Assembly (NCBI GenBank): GCA_019686175.1 | Contig: JADGHJ010000001.1 | Location: 1 to 48,153 of the forward strand | Source of the DNA: Chloroflexota bacterium | GTDB lineage: Bacteria; Chloroflexota; UBA6077; JAJPHF01 | Direction: 5' to 3' | DNA: 48,153 nucleotides | Shown here: one piece after another, positions 33,872 through 42,911 of the stretch | Layout of the letters: every line of letters begins with the position of its first letter | Numbering within the stretch: the stretch's first letter is position 1 | The notes under the pieces: model-generated | The model's database searches: none | What the model saw: the letters and a program-made list of their open reading frames with translations, nothing else | What the model was told of the DNA's origin: nothing | Made by a program: the position numbers and the translations under genes

Positions 33872-34748
33872 CGATGCGGCGCCCCGCGTGCTCGTGGCGC
33901 TCGATGGCTCGCCGGCTGCGGTGACGGCGCTGCCGGTGGCGCGTGTCGTGGCGGACCAGCTTGGGGCGCGCGTAGAGATCCTGTATATCGCGCCCGACCA
34001 CGCGCCAGCGGGCGACCTGTGGGAGCGGCTCCAGGCGACCGTGGGGCCAGGCGAGGCTTTACAGGTCCGCCGCCACGCCGGCGAGCCGGCGCCAGCGATC
34101 CTCGCCATCGCGGAGGAGCCCGGGATCGCGCTGCTGGTGTTGACTACCCATGGGCGCGCGATCGAACCGGGACGGCCACTGGGCCACGTCGCGGAGGCCG
34201 TGATCGCCAACACCACGCGCCCGATCTTGCTCGTGCGCCCGGAGGCCGCGGTCGCAACCGAGCCCCGACCGCTGCGCCATCTGTTGTTGCCTCTGGATGG
34301 CAGCCCTGCTACAGCGCGAGTACTCCGGCCGGCAATGGATCTAGCCAGGCAGCTCGGGGCCCGGATCGACATTCTCTATGTGGCCGGGCCGTATCAGGCC
34401 CCATCGGCCGAACAGGGGAGCATCGGCGCGCCGCGCTATCTCGACCAACCGCACCACGAGTGGCCGCGTTGGGCCACGGAGGTTCGCGAGCGGCTGGGCG
34501 AGGTGCTGGCGCACTGCCCCTCCGATGTGGAGTTGCGCGTGTTCCTCGCCAGCGGGGAGAGCGGGCCGGAGATCGCGCGGTTCGCGGAGACGCGCCACCA
34601 TGACGCGATCGTGCTGGCGCGGCGCAGCCGGCTGGAGCCGGGACGCGCGGTCACCTTGCGCACGGTGCTCGATTGGACACCCTGTCCTATCCTGCTGGTG
34701 GGCGCGCCCCCAGCGGAGGTCGCAGGCAATGGGGGGCGCGACCGGTAG
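33855..34748 (+). CDS. tandem universal stress protein (two UspA domains)
   Basis: In-frame part of ORF 33615-34748 from ATG 33855. Two repeats of the pattern VLVALDGSPAA...LLVLTTHGR...PILLVRP and LLLPLDGSPAT...AIVLARRSR...PILLVGA. It overlaps the GH65 gene end by 17 nt. Confidence 0.88.
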   Translation: MTAQPSDAAPRVLVALDGSPAAVTALPVARVVADQLGARVEILYIAPDHAPAGDLWERLQATVGPGEALQVRRHAGEPAPAILAIAEEPGIALLVLTTHGRAIEPGRPLGHVAEAVIANTTRPILLVRPEAAVATEPRPLRHLLLPLDGSPATARVLRPAMDLARQLGARIDILYVAGPYQAPSAEQGSIGAPRYLDQPHHEWPRWATEVRERLGEVLAHCPSDVELRVFLASGESGPEIARFAETRHHDAIVLARRSRLEPGRAVTLRTVLDWTPCPILLVGAPPAEVAGNGGRDR

Positions 34749-34881
34749 ACCAGTCTCCACTGGGCGACAACGCCGTTGCCCGTGCGGCCGACCCCCTGCG
34801 GGCGCCGGCTGCACGCGTACATCGAGGGCCACACGGTCACGCGAGCCAACTCGTGCCCGTACTCGCTGGCAAGCGCCCGTC

Positions 34882-35616
34882 CTAGCGACCCAGCTGGCCC
34901 CGCACTGCCCCTGCGGGAAACTCGGCGTTGTGCACGTTGACGTAAAAGCCGGCCGGCGTTTGGATGAGGCGTGAGAGCACCTCCCGGTCGACGTCCTGCG
35001 TGCAGCCGCTCACGTTGCCATCGACCGGAGCGGCCAGGGGGACCACGATCGGTCCGGCCACCCCAACATCGCCCTCGTGAATGTGAGCCGCGGTTGGCTG
35101 CTCGACATTGGTGGCGTGCAGGGCGAAGCACACCATCTGCCGTGTCGCATCGACCACGATCGCAGCGGAGCCCAAGCCGTCCTCATCCCCCGGGCCGGGA
35201 CTTTCGGCGCGGCCCGTGAGGGTCGCTGTCAGGATGACCAGGTCTGGCGTCTCTCGGGCCGCCAGGGCCGGGGTCGGCGTCGTCAACACGCCCGGAGTGA
35301 AGGTTCTGCCTGGAGTCAACGGCTCTGGAGTCCGGGCAATACCCGGGGCGCCCGTAGGGGTGGGAGTGTCCTGCACGGTGCCAGGACCTGGTCCCAGCGG
35401 AGTCGGCAGGACCGTGTCTAGCGGACGCGGGGTCAGCTGTTCGGGACCGGGCAGCAGCTCGCTGCCTCCCGGGTTCGGCGCCTCTCTATCCGAGCCCACC
35501 CCATCAGTCGGAGTGGCGACCGGCGGCACGACCTGAGCACTGGACGAGGCCAGTGTCGTCAGGCCCACTATCGGCACAGCCAGGATACTCACGATAAACC
35601 GCAGCCATCGTCTCAT
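34882..35616 (-). CDS. secreted CHRD domain protein with Pro/Thr-rich linker
   Basis: ORF 34882-35646 from ATG 35616, with GAGGGAG upstream. Signal peptide MRRWLRFIVSILAVPIVGLTTLASSSA. The C-terminal CHRD-type motifs are AAHIHEGDVGVAGPIVVPL and FYVNVHNAEFPAGAVRGQL. Confidence 0.8.
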   Translation of the reverse strand: MRRWLRFIVSILAVPIVGLTTLASSSAQVVPPVATPTDGVGSDREAPNPGGSELLPGPEQLTPRPLDTVLPTPLGPGPGTVQDTPTPTGAPGIARTPEPLTPGRTFTPGVLTTPTPALAARETPDLVILTATLTGRAESPGPGDEDGLGSAAIVVDATRQMVCFALHATNVEQPTAAHIHEGDVGVAGPIVVPLAAPVDGNVSGCTQDVDREVLSRLIQTPAGFYVNVHNAEFPAGAVRGQLGR

Positions 35617-35777
35617 TGCGCCTGCTCCCTCGTGCTCAGCGTCCACTCGCGCCTCTACCCGGTGAACGGGATCTAACGCCGTTCAACCTCGTGGGCAAGA
35701 ACGGTGCCGCCCACTCACCGTGGGCTGGGACGCGGAGAGATCGCTGCTGGGACACGACGAGCGAGCGGCTGCCGCCG

Positions 35778-37232
35778 TCATTCAGGCCACGGCGGGGCGT
35801 GGCCGGCGGCCTGCGCGGGTCTTTCTTCGCGGTCCCCGAGCCGGCTGCCTTGCAGGAAATCCAGGGCGCGCAGCACCAGCTCGATCTCCTCGCGGTAGCG
35901 TTCCCGGAGGTCACGCAGCAGGTCGCGGAACTCCGCCTCGGCTTGCACGTCGGCCATGAAACGGACCGGCCGGAACGTCAGCACGAGCACGCGGCCCGGC
36001 AGCAAGTAGTCGTACGACTCGGGGTCGCGCTGTTGCGGGTCACGCGCCGTAGGGAACGGCTCCAGATCCGCTGGCTCCCCCGCCCCCCACTTCACCGGCG
36101 TGTCGCCGTACGGGGCCAGCCGCGCGTATAGGGCGGCCCACCGCGCGTTCTCCCGCAGCTGGAAGGGGTCCCGCTTGCCTAGCGCGTCATTGGGGCCGGT
36201 CAGGTAGAGCACCCGGACCGTCCCATCCCAGTGATACTCGATGCGGAACGGCTGGCCCTCCGGCAGCCCGGCCAGGTCGGGCCGCGTGCCGAGCGCGTCT
36301 TCCACGGCTAGATACGGCTGTCCGCTGTCGGGCGCGAACACAGCGCGGCGGAGGTGGGCTCGCTCGGGCTCCTCGCTCACCGGCTCGACGTACGCCGCGT
36401 GCGGCAGGGCGGCCCGGACTGGATCGAGGTAAGGCGTGCGGCGGTCCACCTCCAGCGCGGGCGTGTCGCCGGGCTGTACCGCCGCCGCCATCTGGCGCAT
36501 CATCGCCGTCTGCAAGATGTCCGGCTCGGCCACCCGATACACCAGCCGGGCCAGCCGCAGCGGGTCCGTGCGTCCTGTGCGCAGCAGAAACCCCAGATCT
36601 GGGCCAAAGTGCACTACACTGCGGCCCGGCGTCTCGGCCGACTCCAGCTCGTACCGCACGGGGAAGGGCGTGGTCAGATAGTAGCGCAGCCGGTCGCCGC
36701 GCTCGCTGACATACTCGCGCACGCGAGCGGGATGGCCAAACTGTTCCTGTCGCTCCTCCTGCCAGCGCACGACGAACGTGTCCGGGGGCAGCGCCAGCAT
36801 GAACTCGTCGCCCGGCTGGATGGACCGCGAGGTACGTTGCGGATACTGCTGGAAATAGGCCTTGCTGACGTAAGTCGGCCCATCCAAGCCGTCGACGTCG
36901 AACAGCGGCGTGAGCTTACGCAGCGCCACCAGGGCCGGGCTACCGCCCGGGCCGATGCGGACTCGGTACAGGCGCCGCCCTTCGGCATCGGTGCCCGCCG
37001 GTGCGAAGTCGAAGGCCGGGCTGGTCTGCTCTGGCGGCAGCTCGACGGGCGGCGCCGGCGGCGCGGGGCGGGGCGGTATCTCTACACTGCCCTGTGCCCC
37101 AGGGGCGACGAGATGTGGGGCGATGGTGATCAGCCGGTCGGCCTCCCCACAGGCGCCGAGCAGCACCGTGGTGACCATCGCGACCAGGGCCACCAGGCCT
37201 CTAGCTCTCGATCCCAAGCGCGCGCCAGGCAT
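35778..37232 (-). CDS. hypothetical lipoprotein (484 aa), translationally coupled to the class A PBP
   Basis: In-frame part of ORF 35778-37508 from ATG 37232. Signal peptide plus lipobox read MPGARLGSRARGLVALVAMVTTVLLGAC. Its ATG shares one nucleotide with the PBP stop (TGATG). I recognise no family. Confidence 0.75.
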   Translation of the reverse strand: MPGARLGSRARGLVALVAMVTTVLLGACGEADRLITIAPHLVAPGAQGSVEIPPRPAPPAPPVELPPEQTSPAFDFAPAGTDAEGRRLYRVRIGPGGSPALVALRKLTPLFDVDGLDGPTYVSKAYFQQYPQRTSRSIQPGDEFMLALPPDTFVVRWQEERQEQFGHPARVREYVSERGDRLRYYLTTPFPVRYELESAETPGRSVVHFGPDLGFLLRTGRTDPLRLARLVYRVAEPDILQTAMMRQMAAAVQPGDTPALEVDRRTPYLDPVRAALPHAAYVEPVSEEPERAHLRRAVFAPDSGQPYLAVEDALGTRPDLAGLPEGQPFRIEYHWDGTVRVLYLTGPNDALGKRDPFQLRENARWAALYARLAPYGDTPVKWGAGEPADLEPFPTARDPQQRDPESYDYLLPGRVLVLTFRPVRFMADVQAEAEFRDLLRDLRERYREEIELVLRALDFLQGSRLGDREERPAQAAGHAPPWPE

Positions 37233-39448
37233 CAGTCCGGTCGCCTCCAATCCATGTCCAGGAGGAACCGGTTCTCGTGGCCTACCAGGAATACCTCCTC
37301 GTGGTCCGCCTGCCCCGGACGGGTCGCGCCGACGTTCGGGATACGCTTGACCACGACGCCATCGGGTCGGGGGAAGCCTACCGGCTCGTAGTGGTAGTGC
37401 TGGATCAACGCCTCGATCATGTCTACCCACAGCTTGCCGGCGGTGAGCGAGCTGGAGACCTTCACCATCGGCTGGTTGTTGGTGTTGCCCATCCACACGC
37501 CGACGCACACCTGCGGCAGGCAGCCCACAGTCCAGGTGTCGCGGTAATCGTCTGTGGTGCCGGTCTTCACCATGTGGGGCCGCGACAGATTGAGGGGTGA
37601 GCGGGGCCCGAACGTCACCTGGCGGGCCCCTGCGTCGCCCATGACATGCAGGAGCTGGTAAGCCACGGCGGGATCCACCACCTGCTCGCCCTCGGGCGCC
37701 GCCGGTGCCTCGTAGAGCACCTCGCCGCGCGCGGTCTCCACACGGAGCAGCGGCTCTGGTGGCAAGTGGAGCCCCTCGCGCACGATGGTGGCGTAGGCGT
37801 TCACCAGCTCCAGCAGCCGCACCTCTCCACCGCCGAGCGTGATCGACAGCCAGCGCGGATCCCAGTTGTCCAACGTGGTGATCCCCAGCCGCCGCGCCAT
37901 ATCTTGGAACGCGGGCACCCCGATGTACTTGAGCACCTTGACCGCCGGCACGTTCAAGCTGTTGCCCAGTGCGTCGCGCAGCGTGACGCGCCCGTAGTAG
38001 CGGTTCTCCCAGTTGGTAGGGACGTACGGCGGTTGGCCCGGGGGCGCCGAGAACGCCGTCGGTTGGTCGAGCACCTCCACGGCGGGATTCAAGCCCCGCT
38101 CGAATCCCGCGAGATACACCAGCGGCTTGATCGACGAGCCCGGCTGGCGTCCGGCCAGGGCCAGGTTGACCTGCCCGTGGATGCCCGCATCCCAGAAGTC
38201 CTTGCTGCCGACCATTGCCAGCACGTGGCTGGTGCGCGGATCGATCACCACCAGGGCGGTGTTGTTCGCCCGAGCCAGCCGGCGGACGCTCTCCCCGGCT
38301 GCGACCACCTGCTCGGCCAGCACCTGGACCTCGGGGTCGAGCGTGGTCTGCACGCGGAGTCCCTCGGTGTACAGGGCCTCCGGTCCGAAGCGCGCCCGAA
38401 GCACATCGCGGATGTAGTTCACCCAGTGCGGGGCGCGGAACGGCGGGGGCTCGGGCGACGCGAACTCCAAGGGCGCGGCCTTGGCCGTCTCCGCCTCCTC
38501 CGGTGTGAGGAGGCCCGCCCGCGCCATCAAGTCCAGCACCTGTTCCTGACGTGCCTTAGCTGCCTCGGGATGCGCCAGGGGGTCGAAGGCCGAGGGGTTC
38601 TGGGGCAGCCCCGCCAGCAAGGCGGCCTCTGGCACGGTGAGATCATGGGCCGACTTGCCGAAGTAGGTTTGGGCCGCGGCTTCGGCGCCGTAGGCCTGGT
38701 GGCCGTAGTAGACGACGTTGAGATAGGTCTCGAGGATCTCAAGCTTGGAGAACCGCTGGTCGAGTTCGAGGGCGCCCAGGGCCTCCTTCAGCTTCCGGTT
38801 GAGTGTTTGCTCCGTGCGCTCGTCCGCGAGGAACAGGTTGCGGACGATCTGCATCTCGAGGGTGCTGGCCCCCGATTGGACGGCACCGCTGCCGGCGTTT
38901 TGTCCCAGTGCCCGGATGAGGCCGAGCGGATCCACCCCCGGGTGTTCGAAGAACCGGCGGTCCTCGGTGGCAACCGTGGCCCACCACAGGGCCGGAGCGA
39001 TCTGCGAGAGGGGCACCGCCTGCCGGCGCCCAGAACGGATGTCGTTCAACTCGGCCAGCACGCTGCCGTCGCGCGCCAAGATCGTGGCCGTTTGGGGCAG
39101 GCCAGCGTCGAGAGGGCGATCTGGCGGCAGCGGGAGGACAGCGCCTGCCGCGACCCCGAGGGGCGCCAGGGACGCGAGCTGAGCCGTCAGCCAGAGGGCC
39201 GTCTGGCTGGCCGCCGCGGCCAACGCTAACCCGAGGCCCACCGGGGCCAGGATCAGCCCCCAGGCCCACGACGTTCCCGGCCACCGGCTGCGTCCCTGTC
39301 GCGTGCGGCAGCGCCGGAAGTGCCGAGTCCCGGGGGCGAGCCGTGCAGGCCGCTCGGGCCCCTGGGACGGTCGCTGGGAAACGCCGCATCGCGGGCAGCG
39401 CCGCGCCGACACACCGCTGTGGCACCCGAGATCGGTGTCCAGCGCCAT
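37232..39448 (-). CDS. class A penicillin-binding protein (GT51 glycosyltransferase + transpeptidase)
   Basis: 738-aa ORF. GT51 motifs: EDRRFFEHPGVD, GASTLEMQ, RKLKEA, and KLEILETYLN. Transpeptidase motifs: SSIKP (SxxK), SLN (SxN), and KTGT. The N-terminal cytoplasmic tail contains C-x8-CPRC, followed by one TM helix. Confidence 0.93.
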   Translation of the reverse strand: MALDTDLGCHSGVSARRCPRCGVSQRPSQGPERPARLAPGTRHFRRCRTRQGRSRWPGTSWAWGLILAPVGLGLALAAAASQTALWLTAQLASLAPLGVAAGAVLPLPPDRPLDAGLPQTATILARDGSVLAELNDIRSGRRQAVPLSQIAPALWWATVATEDRRFFEHPGVDPLGLIRALGQNAGSGAVQSGASTLEMQIVRNLFLADERTEQTLNRKLKEALGALELDQRFSKLEILETYLNVVYYGHQAYGAEAAAQTYFGKSAHDLTVPEAALLAGLPQNPSAFDPLAHPEAAKARQEQVLDLMARAGLLTPEEAETAKAAPLEFASPEPPPFRAPHWVNYIRDVLRARFGPEALYTEGLRVQTTLDPEVQVLAEQVVAAGESVRRLARANNTALVVIDPRTSHVLAMVGSKDFWDAGIHGQVNLALAGRQPGSSIKPLVYLAGFERGLNPAVEVLDQPTAFSAPPGQPPYVPTNWENRYYGRVTLRDALGNSLNVPAVKVLKYIGVPAFQDMARRLGITTLDNWDPRWLSITLGGGEVRLLELVNAYATIVREGLHLPPEPLLRVETARGEVLYEAPAAPEGEQVVDPAVAYQLLHVMGDAGARQVTFGPRSPLNLSRPHMVKTGTTDDYRDTWTVGCLPQVCVGVWMGNTNNQPMVKVSSSLTAGKLWVDMIEALIQHYHYEPVGFPRPDGVVVKRIPNVGATRPGQADHEEVFLVGHENRFLLDMDWRRPD

Positions 39449-39559
39449 GGTCGCGCCTGCCTAGCCTCCAGCCTACACCCGGATTATAGGCAGGCATCTG
39501 GCACACGGAGGACACTTCTGAGGTCACAGCCAGGTCCGAATGGGTAGCGAGCGACAGGG

Positions 39560-40654
39560 TCAGGGGCGATACGGTCCCAGCGCCGCCACCGCCGCACGGC
39601 TGTACTGGTCGTCGGCGATGCGCTCGGCCGGCAGCGGGGGACTGTAGGTCAGCACGCCGGCCTCCATGAACACGCGCTGCATGTCCAATAGCGTCTCGAC
39701 ATCGGGGCGCAGGTCGGGGTGGTAGTCGTAGCGGTCCTGGCCGCGGATCGATTCGACGGGCTGGCGCGTGTACTTGGCGAAGATCTCCAGGTTCTCCGGC
39801 TCGTAGTAGCGCTCACCCTGTAGGTCACGCGCGCCCCGGACCAGCGCGGTGAGGAACCGCTTGGCCGCCGCGTCGCGCTCACGCATGAATTGGACACCGT
39901 ACAGCGTGCCCACCGCCGAGGCGCCCGGTCGCACGGGCCCGCCGAAGTAGTCGGCCGTGCCCTCGCGGACCATCTCGGTGGTGAAGGGCGCCGGCGGAAA
40001 CGCCACCTCGATCGATCCTTGCTTCATGGCGATGACCATGTCGCCAAAGGTCATGTTCTCGATCACGATGTCGCCCAGCCCGAGGCCCGCCTCGCGCAGC
40101 TTGGTCGCGATCCAGTAGGAGCCCGCGCTGCCCGCGCCGCCTGCCAAGGCGGTGCGCCGTCCGCGAAGATCGGCGATAGTGCGTACTTGGCCGCTGTCCA
40201 GCAAGTCCTTGCGTACCATGATCGCGGAAGGATAGCCCTGCTGAGGCTGGGCGCCCATCGAGCTGACGACCTTCACGTCCACGCCGCGGTTGATGGCGTT
40301 GAAGGTGGCGGCCGAGAAGCCTCCCACGGTGGCATCGAGCTGCCCCTGCCCGGTCAGCGCCACGGCGTCCTGGCCGGCCGTCACGACCTCCAGCTCGGCG
40401 ATGATGCCTTGCTCCTGCATGTAGCCTTTGTCCACCGCTACGTAGAGCGGGGCGAACAGCGTGGAGGGCACGTGCGCGACGCGCACCGTTTCGGGCGCCG
40501 GCGTCGGGCTCGGCGCGCTGGCCGCCGGCTGGCCCGGCGGGCTCCCGGCGCTCGTCGGTGAAGGCCCGCTCGTGGGGGACGGGCCCTGGGGGGCGGCCGG
40601 CGCAGTACAGGCGATCCCCGCCAGTAGGGCGCCGGCGAGCAGCAATCGGTACAT
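39560..40654 (-). CDS. NMT1-like ABC transporter substrate-binding lipoprotein
   Basis: ORF 39560-40687 from ATG 40654. Signal peptide and lipobox MYRLLLAGALLAGIAC, then a Pro/Ser-rich linker with the repeat PSPTSGPSPTS, then VRVAHVPSTLFAPLYVAVDKGYMQEQG... Confidence 0.85.
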   Translation of the reverse strand: MYRLLLAGALLAGIACTAPAAPQGPSPTSGPSPTSAGSPPGQPAASAPSPTPAPETVRVAHVPSTLFAPLYVAVDKGYMQEQGIIAELEVVTAGQDAVALTGQGQLDATVGGFSAATFNAINRGVDVKVVSSMGAQPQQGYPSAIMVRKDLLDSGQVRTIADLRGRRTALAGGAGSAGSYWIATKLREAGLGLGDIVIENMTFGDMVIAMKQGSIEVAFPPAPFTTEMVREGTADYFGGPVRPGASAVGTLYGVQFMRERDAAAKRFLTALVRGARDLQGERYYEPENLEIFAKYTRQPVESIRGQDRYDYHPDLRPDVETLLDMQRVFMEAGVLTYSPPLPAERIADDQYSRAAVAALGPYRP

Positions 40655-40702
40655 AGCTCCGCAACTCCCGCACGGGTCGGCTGGCACGGTAGCGCGCGCC
40701 CT

Positions 40703-41665
40703 TCAGGGGCGCAGCAGCACCTTGAGCGTGCCGCGCTGCCCCGCGTGCGCAAAGGCGGCGACGCCAGCGGCCAGCGCGTACTCCGCGCTGATCAGGGGTA
40801 GGACATCGAGGCGGCGGGCTTCGAGCAGCCGGAGCGCCGGCTCGAACGGGCCACACCGCGAGCCGACGACCGTGATCTCGTCGACGACTAGCGGGGCGAG
40901 ATCGAGCGGCTCGGTGGCGCCGGGCTCGATGGCCACCGTGCTCTTCAACACGAGGGTACCACGCGGCCGCACGAGGCGCATGGCTTGCGCCACGCCCGCG
41001 GCCCGGCCCGTACACTCTACCACCACATCGGCTCGCTCCGACGGCGGATCGAGGCGGGCGGCGATCCCGGCGGCCTCTAACAGGGCCAGCTTGGCCGGGT
41101 GTCGGCCCACCACCACGACGTGCGCCCCGGCCTGGTGCAGCACGCGGGCCACGAGCTGCCCGAGCTTCCCGTCGCCCAGCACCACCACCCGATCGGTTGG
41201 GCGAACGGCGACCTGCTCCAGGATCTCCAGCGCGGCCGCCAAGGGCTCCACGAACACGGCCATCTCGTCCGGGACGCTGGAGGGCACCGGATGCAGGTTG
41301 GCGAGTGGCAGCGTCAGATACTCGGCGAACGCGCCGTCGCGGCCGAGAATCCCCAGCACCGTGCGGTGTGGGCAGTGGCGGCCCCATCCCGCGCGACACG
41401 CCGCGCACTCCCCACAGCTGGCGTTGATCTCGCCCACCACGCGCTGGCCGACTGTCAGCGCGGTCCCCGACGGCAGCGCGGCGATCTCGCCTACGAACTC
41501 GTGGCCCAGCGTTCCCGTATAGCCCATGTAGCCGCGCGCCAGTTCGAGGTCCGTATGGCAGATCCCCGCCAAGCGCACGCGCACCAGGGCCTCCCCTGCT
41601 GGCGGCTCGGGCACCGGCACCTCGGCCAACTCCACTCGGCCGTTCGCCAGCCGCAGGGCACGCAC
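40703..41665 (-). CDS. zinc-binding medium-chain alcohol dehydrogenase family protein
   Basis: In-frame part of ORF 40703-41815 from GTG 41665, with AGGAAGGAG upstream. Motifs: GICHTDLELARGY...GHEFVGEI, the structural-zinc cysteines CGECAACRAGWGRHC, and the Rossmann motif VLGDGKLG. Confidence 0.88.
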   Translation of the reverse strand: MRALRLANGRVELAEVPVPEPPAGEALVRVRLAGICHTDLELARGYMGYTGTLGHEFVGEIAALPSGTALTVGQRVVGEINASCGECAACRAGWGRHCPHRTVLGILGRDGAFAEYLTLPLANLHPVPSSVPDEMAVFVEPLAAALEILEQVAVRPTDRVVVLGDGKLGQLVARVLHQAGAHVVVVGRHPAKLALLEAAGIAARLDPPSERADVVVECTGRAAGVAQAMRLVRPRGTLVLKSTVAIEPGATEPLDLAPLVVDEITVVGSRCGPFEPALRLLEARRLDVLPLISAEYALAAGVAAFAHAGQRGTLKVLLRP

Positions 41666-41759
41666 GGTCCCTCGCTCCTTCCTGCGTGATGGGGGCAAGT
41701 GCCTACTGGCGGGAACTATAAGCGATCCGGCCGCTACCGTCACGGGCCGCTCGGCGAGG

Positions 41760-42233
41760 CTAGGCGCGCAGGGTGGCCACCAGGCGTTGCGGGTAGCGCA
41801 GCAGGTCGAGGGCATCGTGGATCGAGAGCGTCACGATGTCTGCGGCGGCCAGTGCGGCCGAGGCGAGCCCTTCGGGGCCCAGCACCGCAATGCCGAGTAT
41901 CGCGGCCCGCAGCATCTCGGCATCGTTGGCGCCGTTGCCGATCGCGATGACCCGCTCCGCTCCCAGCGCCTCCACGCGCAGCCGTTTGCTCGTTGCTTCG
42001 GGCACGCCCGGCACCAAGCGGTGGCCGGGCACGCGCAGCTGCTGGGCCACCGTGTCCAGGCGGCCAAAGGTATCGGCGCTGAGCAGTTCGATAGCCAGTA
42101 CCGCGCGGAGTTGCTCGAGACGCTCGCCCACGCCGTCGAGCAAGGTGCCGTCGCAGGCCACGGTGCCATTGACGTCGAGCAGGAGGTGGGTGAAGCGGCG
42201 CTCGCCGACGCCGGGGATGGTGAGCGTGAGCAT
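41760..42233 (-). CDS. HAD family hydrolase (small soluble P-type-ATPase-like, COG4087 type)
   Basis: In-frame part of ORF 41760-42920 from ATG 42233, with GGTGGAG upstream. Motifs: LLLDVNGT and IAIGNGANDAEML. Confidence 0.75.
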   Translation of the reverse strand: MLTLTIPGVGERRFTHLLLDVNGTVACDGTLLDGVGERLEQLRAVLAIELLSADTFGRLDTVAQQLRVPGHRLVPGVPEATSKRLRVEALGAERVIAIGNGANDAEMLRAAILGIAVLGPEGLASAALAAADIVTLSIHDALDLLRYPQRLVATLRA

Positions 42234-42419
42234 CTTGACGGCTCCACCGGATGTGGTCCGAGCTGGATAACTAGCGTGCGGGATAGGGATTTGGGTAGCG
42301 TAAGGAAATGATAACGCTAGCGAAGGAGGACGGGTGCGCGGCGCGACCGTGGCGGAAGGTCGCGCTGATCGCGCCGCACCCGCAGCGGGGGCTGGTAGAT
42401 GCATGGCGACTGGGAGTCG

Positions 42420-42911
42420 ATGATCACGGGCGCACGCCGCCTGAGCACGGGCGCGGCGGTGGCGGCCGCGCTGTGGGTCGCGGCCACGGTGGGTGGCATG
42501 GCGGCTTCGCCAGCTCAACAGTTGCCCACTCTGCCACCGGGGGGGATCGAGGCGGTCAGCGGAGAACTGGAGCTGAACGTGCGCGCGGGGCCGGGCTTGG
42601 ACCAGCCGGTGATCGGGACCCTGCCGCCCGGGGTGGCGGTGACCGTGGTCGGTGGACCCGTATTGGCCGATGGCTGGGTGTGGTGCGAGCACCAGAGCGC
42701 CGCCGGCCGCGGCTGGTCGGTCTGCCTTGGCCTGGAGGGCGCCCAGTACCTCTCGGCCGGCATTCCCGCACCGACTACCACACGCGCCGTGGCTGCGGCG
42801 CCCGCTGGTGGGGCGGCGCGGCCCACGCAGGGACCGCCTCCGCCCCCGGCGATGACGCCCGTACGTCTGCCACTCCCCGGCACGGCGGCACCGGGCGGCA
42901 GCCAGCGCTAG
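42420..42911 (+). CDS. secreted SH3b domain protein
   Basis: ORF 42399-42911. Signal peptide MITGARRLSTGAAVAAALWVAATVGGMAASPA. SH3b domain LNVRAGPGLDQPVIGTLPPGVAVTVVGGPVLADGWVWCEH. The tail is Pro/Ala-rich. The start is ATG 42420 or ATG 42399. Confidence 0.7.
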   Translation: MITGARRLSTGAAVAAALWVAATVGGMAASPAQQLPTLPPGGIEAVSGELELNVRAGPGLDQPVIGTLPPGVAVTVVGGPVLADGWVWCEHQSAAGRGWSVCLGLEGAQYLSAGIPAPTTTRAVAAAPAGGAARPTQGPPPPPAMTPVRLPLPGTAAPGGSQR

